Below, piece after piece: positions 56,324 through 64,000 of a DNA stretch of 64,000 nucleotides (position 1 is the first letter of the stretch; each line of letters begins with the position of its first letter). The translations under genes were made by a program, and so were the position numbers. The stretch is taken from positions 1-64,000 of the forward strand of contig NIVC01003934.1 of the NCBI GenBank assembly GCA_002269645.1. The letters run 5' to 3'. This stretch comes from Macrostomum lignano (lineage: Eukaryota). The notes beneath the pieces were generated by a model, which was not told where the DNA came from, did not search any database, and was given only the letters and a program-made list of their open reading frames with translations.

Positions 56324-59300
56324 TTAATTACAAATCCTCGTCTTCATCGCTGTCCGCCCCCACAGCTCCTGGATGGTGGTCTGACGCTTGCGTTTTGCCT
56401 GCTCGCTCGATTGTTGTTGTTGCTGCTGTTGTTTCAATCGCGGGTTTAAAGCCACTCTGAGATCGACTTCGTGTTTTGGCAGGCCGTGTGTTATGCTCAT
56501 GTCCGACAGGTTCTCACTGCTAGTTAGGTGCAGGGTCTGGCAAATGGAATAATGTTTTTATTTGTTTGGGATCTGAGGACACTGGGATCTGAGGACACTA
56601 GGATCTGAGGACACTGGGGTCTGAGGACACTGGGATCTGAGGACACTGGGGTCTGAGGACACTGGGATCTGAGGAAACTGGGATCTGAGGACACTCTGGG
56701 ATCTGAGGACACTCTGGGATCTGAGGACACTCTGGGATCTGACGACACTCTGGGATCTGAGGACACTCTGGGATCTGACGACACTCTGGGATCTGACGAC
56801 ACTCTGGGATCTGAGGACACTCTGGGATCTGAGGACACTCTGGGATCTGAGGACACGCGATGAAATCGGATTTTGAGAACTGGAAATAAGATAGTACACG
56901 GTAAGACATGGATAATTAAAAAACTGAAGTGAAATAATCCACTGAAAAATATGGATAATTGAGACCGGAAGTAAGATAATCCGCTCAAAATATGGATAAT
57001 GAAGACCGGAAGTAAGATAATCCGCTCAAAATATGGATGATTAAGACCGGAAGTAAGATAATCCGCTTAAAATATGGATGATTAGGACCGGAAGTGAGAT
57101 AATAAGCTAAAAATATGGATTATTGAGACCGGAAGTGAGATAATAAGCTAAAAAATATAAATGATTGGGACCGAAAGTGAGATAATAAGCTAAAAAATAT
57201 GGATTATTGAGACCGGAAGTGAGATAATAAGCTAAAAAATATGGATTATTGAGACTGGAAGCGAGATAATAAGCTAAAAAATATGGATGATTGAGACCGG
57301 AAGTGAGATAATCCGCTCAAAATAAGGATGATTGGGACCGAAAGTGAGATAATAAGCTAAAAAATATGGATGATTGAGACCGGAAGTGAGATAATCCGCT
57401 CAAAATAAGGATGATTGAGACCGGAAGTGAGATAATACGTAGGCTGAAAAATATGGATAATAAAGACCGGAAGTGAGATAATCCGCTCAAAATATGGATG
57501 ATTGAGACCGGAAGTGAGATAATCCGCTCAAAATATGGATGATTGAGACCGGAAGTGAGATAATCCGCCGAAAATATGGATGATTGAGACCGGAAGTGAG
57601 ATAATCCGCCGAAAATATGGATGATTGAGACCGGAAGTGAGATAATCCGCCGAAAATATGGATGATTGAGACCGGAAGTGAGATAATCCGCCGAAAATAT
57701 GGATGATTGAGACCGGAAGTGAGATAATCCGCCGAAAATATGGATGATTGAGACCGGAAGTGAGATAATCCGCTCAAAATATGGATGATTGAGACCGGAA
57801 GTGAGATAATCCGCCGAAAATATGGATGATTGAGACCGGAAGTGAGATGCGTTTGTTAGTCTTGTATACTACTTACAGTAGAAGAAAACACATGCAATCA
57901 ATACTAACCTTCTCATTAGCCAGGTACAACAGACAGCTAAACACAATAGACACAGACAGATCCTGAGCAGTGGTTGCGCCAACTTTCGGCGGCAATTGTT
58001 GCAACAATCTGGCAAATGATCTTTCGCCATTAAACAATGCCTCATTATTTGCATCGTTGTTGCCAACAATTTCGTCATCTTCTTGACTGTTTCGACGAGT
58101 TGAAGAGTCGTCCTGGCTGCACACTTCCATGGCTGTGACAGCAGAGGCGGGACCGCCGTCAGTTTCTAGCAATTGCCACATTGACCGCTTGAGGCGGCTG
58201 ATGTTGATCCGCTTGGCAGTTTTAGCGTAGGCAATGTCCAATTGGTTCACCTGTGTTTTGTTGTAATGGGAGAAGGCATTTAAGGATATTGAAATAGTTG
58301 CAGTAAAATGAAATTTAGAATACGCTCGTATCATTACAATTTGGGATCTGAGGACACACTGTGATCTGAGGACACTCTGTGATCTGAGGACACTATGGGA
58401 TCTGAGGACACTATGGGATCTGAGGACACTCTGGGATCTAAGGACACTATGGGATCTGAGGACACTCTGTGATCTGAGGACACTATGGGATCTGAGGACA
58501 CTATGGGATCTGAGGACACTATGGAATCTGAGGACACTCTGGAATCTGAGGACACTCTGGGATCTGAGAACACTCTGGGATCTAAGGACACTATGGGATC
58601 TGAGGACACTGTGGGATCTGAGGACACTATGGGATCTGAGAACACTCTGGGATCTGAGGACACTCTGGGATCTGAGGACACTCTGGGATCTGAGGACACT
58701 CTGGGATCTGAGGACACTCTGGGATCTAAGGACACTCTGGGATCTGAGGACACTCTGGGATCTGAGGACACTATGGGATCTGAGGGCACTATGGGATCTG
58801 AGAACACTCTGGAATCTGAGGACACTCTGTGATCTGAGGACACTATGGGATCTGAGGACACTCTGGGATCTGAGGACACTCTGGGATCTGAGGGCACTAT
58901 GGGATCTGAGAACACTCTGGAATCTGAGGACACTCTGGGATCTGAGGACACTCTGGAATCTGAGAACACTCTGGGATCTGAGGACACTCTGGGATCTAAG
59001 GATGACGGAACATCCTAGGAACTTAGAAGACTGAATGTTTGAACAAAATCGCACCTTATAGGGGGCCTGCATCGGCTGCAGCTGCTGCGATCCAGGCACC
59101 TGAGACAACGGCAGTTGAGTAGCCTGCCCCACAGCCTGCGTGAAGGCATCGGCAAATGGCTGATCAACTGCCGTCAGTCCGCCGACAGGGTCCTGCTGCT
59201 GATCCGCGTCGTAAGCGGCCGCGTTGTCGTCGCCGAAATTGTTCAAATCGGCGTCATCGTCCAGATCGTGCGCGATAGCCGGGTCGACATTTTCATTGTC

Positions 59301-62300
59301 GTCAGCCTGCCCGACTGACAATAGGGAGTCGTTGATCTGCGACTGGTTCTTGGCGTCCGCGTCTGATGAGGCCTGCGATAAAATCGGATTTTGAGAACTG
59401 GAAATAAGATAATCCACGGATAGACATGGATAATTAAAAAACGGAAGTGAAATAATCCGCTGACAAAATATGGACTATTGAGACGGGAAGTGAGATAAGA
59501 CCGCTGTGGTCATGTTCACCAGCAGGACGAAATGGCAATTCCGCCATCTCACGCTCTACGGACAGGAAATCCCCTTCCGTAAGCAAGTCAAGTGTCTTGG
59601 GGTCACCCTTGATCACAGGCTGAACTGGTCCCCGTATTTTTATGCCAAGACTAAAAAGGCCTTCGCGATCCTGGCGCAACTGCGCAGGGCGGTTGGCACT
59701 ACTTGGGGCCTTACCCCCAAACGCCTCTGGTGGATCTACACTGCTATGGTCAGGCCGGCGATCTCCTACGCCGGAGTGATCTGGGCGAGTGCCCTTAAGA
59801 TTAAGACCTGCTTCGAGGCTCTTAAACGAGTGCAGGGGTGTGCATGTCGAATGATAATGAGCGCCCCGCCCTCTGCTCCATTCGACGGCCTCAACGCCTT
59901 CCTTGACCTGCCTCCGCTGGAAATTTTCGTCCGCAGTGAGGCGGCCAAGGCTGCCCGGCGTCTTATCAACACCGGCATTACTCTCAAGCCCCAGAGGGCA
60001 ATGGCTAAGCGCAAGCTTCTGCCTCACTCCGACCTCTGTCTCAGAGATTTGCAGGAGAGTGGTGGTCTCAACGTCGTTTCGGACGGGGAACCCCGCACGC
60101 TCAACCTCTGTCTTCGATTCAAGGTCAGTCTTCCTCCCGAGAGGAGGCTAACGACCACTGGAATCCCCAGGAGGTCCACTGCTACAATGACGGATCCCTA
60201 AAAGACGGTCTCTCCGGCTTTGGGGTCTGCATTCTTATCAATGGCCGCGTGCTCGCCACGTATGCCCAGCACACTCGAAAACTCTCTACTGTCTTCCAGA
60301 ACGAGGTCCTTGCTATTAGCTCTTGCTCAATACGCTGGGACGCAGAAATGCTGTCCTGCTCAAATGGATCCCTGGAAACGAGCTAGCCGACTCGCTAGCA
60401 AAGCAAGGGAGCGGCGGCTCCCTTCAGGGACCTCTGCCCTTGGCTCCAATCCCTGCGGCCACCATCATTCGTAGCATTGATGCCTGGGCCTCCGCCCTGC
60501 ACAGGGACAGATGGATGAACCTCACTACCTGCCGCCAATCGCGTGCGGCGGTCCCTCGTCCATCCCGAAAGCTCCGAACTGTCCTCCTGAACCAAAGCAG
60601 GAAGGACATCCGGGCTCTTGCTATGACCCTCACGGGGCATGGCTGCTTCGCTAGGCACTGCTTTCTGTGCCCATTTTGCGATTACGACAACGAAGACGCT
60701 CAGCATTTCGTTTGTCAATTCCCGTTCTTTACCAGGAACCGGCTAAACTACATCGGTCCAAAACTATCTATTGATGACGTTTGTAGACCTGAGAACATCT
60801 TACGGCTCGTCCGGTCCCTTCGGGCAACTAGAGGAGCCTCTTTCTTCCCAAACGAAGAGAATGCTGCAGCACGTACTGGCGGACCACCCTGACCGGCCCC
60901 GCACCATTGCCGAAGCGGGTCACCAGGGTTTAGCGGAATGGGCGACTCTCGCCTTCCCGCTGCGTCTTCGGACTGTCCTGCAGCTAAGTCAAGTAAGTAA
61001 GTCAGAGATAATCTGCTCAAAAATATGGATAGTTGAGACCGGGAGTGAGATAATCCACTGAAAATATGGATAATTAAGACCGGAAGTGAGATAATCCACT
61101 GAAAAATATGGATAATAGAGACCGGGAGTGAGATAATCCACTGAAAAATATGGATAATAGAGACCGGGAGTGAGATAATCCACTGAAAAATATAGATAAT
61201 AGAGACCGGGAGTGAGATAATCCACTGAAAATATGGATAATTGAAACCGGAAGTGAGATAATCCACTGAAAAATATGGATAATAGAGACCGGGAGTGAGA
61301 TAATCCACTGAAAAATATAGATAATAGAGACCGGAAGTGAGATAATCCACTGAAAAATATGGATAATAGAGACCGGGAGTGAGATAATCCACTGAAAAAT
61401 ATAGATAATAGAGACCGGAAGTGAGATAATCCACTGAAAAATATGGATAATTGAGACCGGGAGTGCGATAATCCACTAAAATATGGATAATAGAGACCGG
61501 AAGTGAGATAATCCACTAAAAATATGGATAATAGAGACCGGGAGTGAGACAATCAACTGAAAATATGGATAATTGAAACCGGAAGTGAGATAATCCACTG
61601 AAAAATATAGATAATAGAGACCGGAAGTGAGATAATCCACTGAAAAATATGGATAATAGAGACCGGAAGTGAGATAATCCACTGAAAAATATGGATAATT
61701 GAGACCGGGAGTGCGATAATCCACTAAAAATATGGATAATAGAGACCGGAAGTGAGATAATCCACTAAAAATATGGATAATAGAGACCGGGAGTAAGACA
61801 ATTCGCTGAAAAATACAAGTAATAAAGAACCGGAAGTGAGATAATTAAAAAAACAGCCAAGACTCACACTCTGAAAGCAATGCCGATTATCTGCAATCAA
61901 ATTTAACAGGTTCTGCCTGACGCAACGACCAGCAAAGTCTCCAACTACGCCAGATTGAACAGGCGCAATCACGTGCGGCAAATTAAATTCCGATTGCATA
62001 TGCCTGCTAATAACAGTGTCGGATAGCTTCAACCCGGATCTAGATAAAGCTAATTTCTTTCGCCAATCTGCAGGACTGTCAGTCAGCAACTGATCCATGG
62101 CGGCTTTGGCTGCTTGGCGTCGGCGAGCTGTAGAAGCGGCCGGAGCTGCGGCAGAGCAAGCCGCGCCTGCGATGGCGCCATCTTTAATTTTCTCTGCTGC
62201 CGCTGCCGCTTTCGATAATAGCGCAGTTAATTTGCACTTTTTTCTCTTCCAATTAGCCGGGTCGGCGAATAGACGGAAGAATTCTCCGCCGGTAAGTCGG

Positions 62301-62426
62301 CCAACACCTCTGCCGCCGCCGACTCCACTGCCGCCGCTAGCGGCGCCGTTGGCGCTCAAATGAGCGTAGCGATCTGAGAGCAGATCGCGGATTGCTTCCA
62401 CAAAATTTCTACTGGCGTTCGGATGG
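56324..62426 (-). CDS. NCAPH: Condensin I kleisin subunit (CAP-H/barren), 3' exons: 62426-61868, 59372-59055, 58250-57909, 56536-56324; 5' exons lie beyond the window
   Basis: Spliced product contains FADPANWK (cf. WAGP.HW), LDIAYAKTAKRINISRLKRSMWQLL and LSVSIVFSCLLYLANEK|TLHLTSSENLSDMSI, the Cnd2 C-terminal winged-helix signature. Exon phases are consistent. Confidence 0.9.
56568..56857. repeat. 16/18-bp minisatellite (GGGATCTGAGGACACT[CT])
   Basis: Directly visible. Confidence 0.95.
56900..57846. repeat. ~41-bp minisatellite, ~23 copies, each with ACCGGAAGTG and AGATAA
   Basis: Directly visible. Confidence 0.95.
58343..59000. repeat. 18-bp minisatellite (GGGATCTGAGGACACT[CT/AT]), ~36 copies, in a NCAPH intron
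   Basis: Directly visible. Confidence 0.95.
59499..61002 (+). mobile_element. 5'-truncated, degenerate non-LTR retrotransposon (I group, LOA/R1-like): RT C-terminus + RNase H + Cys/His motif
   Basis: VKCLGVTLDHRLNW...WGLTPKRLWWIYTAMVRPAISYAGVIW; RNase H motifs YNDGS, TVFQNEVLAI and WIPG..NELADSLAK across frameshifts; CPFC...EDAQHFVC; (AAGT)n tail at ~60986-61002. Confidence 0.88.
61003..61845. repeat. ~41-43-bp minisatellite (same family as 56900-57846), ~20 copies
   Basis: Directly visible; it continues on the other side of the LINE at ~59420-59498. Confidence 0.95.
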
Positions 62427-62499
62427 CTGCGGTTGAGAAATCGGTTATGAATGGGGATTTATTTTTCTAAGAAATAGGAATCGCGCTAAGGCCAATAAC

Positions 62500-62684
62500 T
62501 AAGAATCAGATAATTCATGTTTCTAAGAATCAGATAATTCGTATTTCTAAGAATCAGATAATTCGTGTTTCTAAGAATCAGATGATTCATGTTTCTAAGA
62601 ATCAGATAATTCGTGTTTCTAAGAATTGGATAATTCATGTTTCTAAGAATTGGATAATTCATGTTTCTAAGAATTGGATAATTG
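62500..62684. repeat. 22-bp minisatellite (CTAAGAATCAGATAATTCGTGTTT variants)
   Basis: Directly visible. Confidence 0.9.
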
Positions 62685-62698
62685 ATCTTTTAAAAAAT

Positions 62699-62970
62699 GG
62701 GGTTTTTAGCCTAGTGGTCAGAGCGTCGGACTCACGACTTAAAGGTCGGGAGTTCGATTCCCGATTCTACTTGGAACACTTTGTGTCCTTGAGCAAGACA
62801 CAAACTCTGCATTGCTTCAGTTCACGCAGCTGTAAAATGGGTGCCAGCATTAGCTGGGGTAATTGAGGGTTGGCGACCCCCAGTCCTTGGACTGAACAGC
62901 CGTACGCAGCCTTCAGATGCGCCGCGCAATAGCTGTGGCTGAGCTGTCTCGGTTGCACATCTGGCCATTA
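62699..62970 (+). mobile_element. tRNA-derived SINE family 1 (CORE-like), most complete copy
   Basis: Head GGGGTTTTTAGCCTAGTGGTCAGAGCGTCGGACTCACGACTTAAAGGTCGGGAGTTCGATTCCCG; body shared with two other copies. Confidence 0.9.
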
Positions 62971-63013
62971 GGGCAGGTGTAATCAGTTATTGCTATTATT
63001 AACATTATCATTA

Positions 63014-64000
63014 TCTCTACATATAAAAATCAAAACTCTGTCTGTCTGTCTGTCTGTGGACAATTTTGATCGCTATGGACTCCCAAACCGCTTAACTAAA
63101 TGACACCAAACTTTACACCCACCCTAAACTTACTACGGAGAATGTCTTAGGCTACCTTTAAATTTCCTAGACTCAAGTCTTCCTACCTTAAAGTACAAAA
63201 AACTGCTCAAAATGCGCAATTTTTTTACTTAATCCTCCATAGCGCCGCTCCACTTCTACCGATCCTCTTCAAATTTGACACAATCAATCTTCAACTATTT
63301 TGACACAATCGTGTAAAGTTTTGAGTCTCAAAGTTAATCCTGAATGGCGCTGGGCACTTTTTAAGTTAGGCTGTTTTTTTCAGCGAGGCAGCCACCCCAA
63401 CCTCCGCCCTCCTGCCTCTCTTTCCCGATCTGGGCAAAGGGTGCAAATAGGTTTTTTAATGACTAACTTTGGGCTGCCATACGTTTGCTTCACGTGAAGC
63501 GATTGACTTCAAACTTGACACAAATCTTTATTGACTTATTCTCTGTCCAAATATAAAGTCTCAACTTTGTATCTCAACCAGAACAGAAACTGTAAGCATG
63601 TGAAGTTTGTCTGCTTTTTCTGTTGTTTGCCGCTCATCCAACTCATTCCCCAGACGAAGGATCAGGCGATAGGGCTCAATGTACATAGCGAATGTACAGT
63701 GTTTTGGAATAACTTTTTAATAGCCTTCTCTGTCCCCCGCGAGTGGAGAGGCGTAGAGAAGAGAGACAGTTTAGCTAGAGATTCAAACCACTGTCCTCTG
63801 AATAGACACAAGTCTGCAGCAGTTTAACAGTGGATGGCAAATCAAGAGTCAAGACAATGTGGGATGGTTTGTAAAAATAGCGAAAAATTAATTAATAACT
63901 GATTACAATTACAATGCAATCCTTACTAAATTAGTTTGTTGTTAGAGCATGAAGCTTTTAACATTAAGATTCGCATAAGGTAACTTTAAAATTTAAATGG
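63014..64000 (+). mobile_element. 5' part of a second Helitron-like copy
   Basis: Starts A|TCTCTACATATAAAAATCAAAACTC(TGTC)n and aligns with 48565-~49530. Confidence 0.75.

Noticed and set aside
57873-59417. 514-aa ORF as a single gene product
   Set aside because: It is two NCAPH exons joined by a minisatellite intron with canonical GT-AG ends; retention is listed only as a hypothesis.
62699-62770. Functional tRNA genes (also 14700-14761, 47900-47971, 19793-19865)
   Set aside because: A and B boxes are present, but acceptor stems do not pair and each continues into a shared SINE body.

Overview
Repeat-rich invertebrate nuclear DNA with short GT-AG introns, GC-rich exons and many micro- and minisatellites. 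This resembles a free-living flatworm such as Macrostomum, but the taxon is my inference. Genes recognised by reading and splicing by eye: (1) a PAN/apple + fibrinogen-domain secreted protein (4600-5987, +); (2) a small ankyrin protein (7475-8176, +); (3) a TRPA1-like gene (minus, 11 exons, 21879-9141) whose transmembrane exons are not in the window and which carries a SINE-derived splice acceptor, an apparent 8-nt deletion and an in-frame TAA; (4) an intronless CYP2-clan P450 nested on the same strand inside a TRPA1 intron, with an acceptor in frame with the upstream TRPA1 exon; (5) a 7-EC protocadherin (27972-43128, +) with a 1-nt frameshift; (6) an intronless divergent HMG-box gene (53039-52332, -); (7) the 3' half of condensin kleisin NCAPH (62426-56324, -). 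Mobile elements: an internally deleted THAP/P-element with perfect 32-bp TIRs and an 8-bp TSD (KP-repressor-like), hAT-type MITEs (two carrying the same minisatellite), non-autonomous Helitrons, two tRNA-SINE families (one CORE-like) and a 5'-truncated RNase H-bearing LINE. No CRISPR array, rRNA or functional tRNA is supported. All coordinates were read manually; repeat boundaries are approximate. Some 1-nt frameshifts fall in homopolymers and may be assembly errors.
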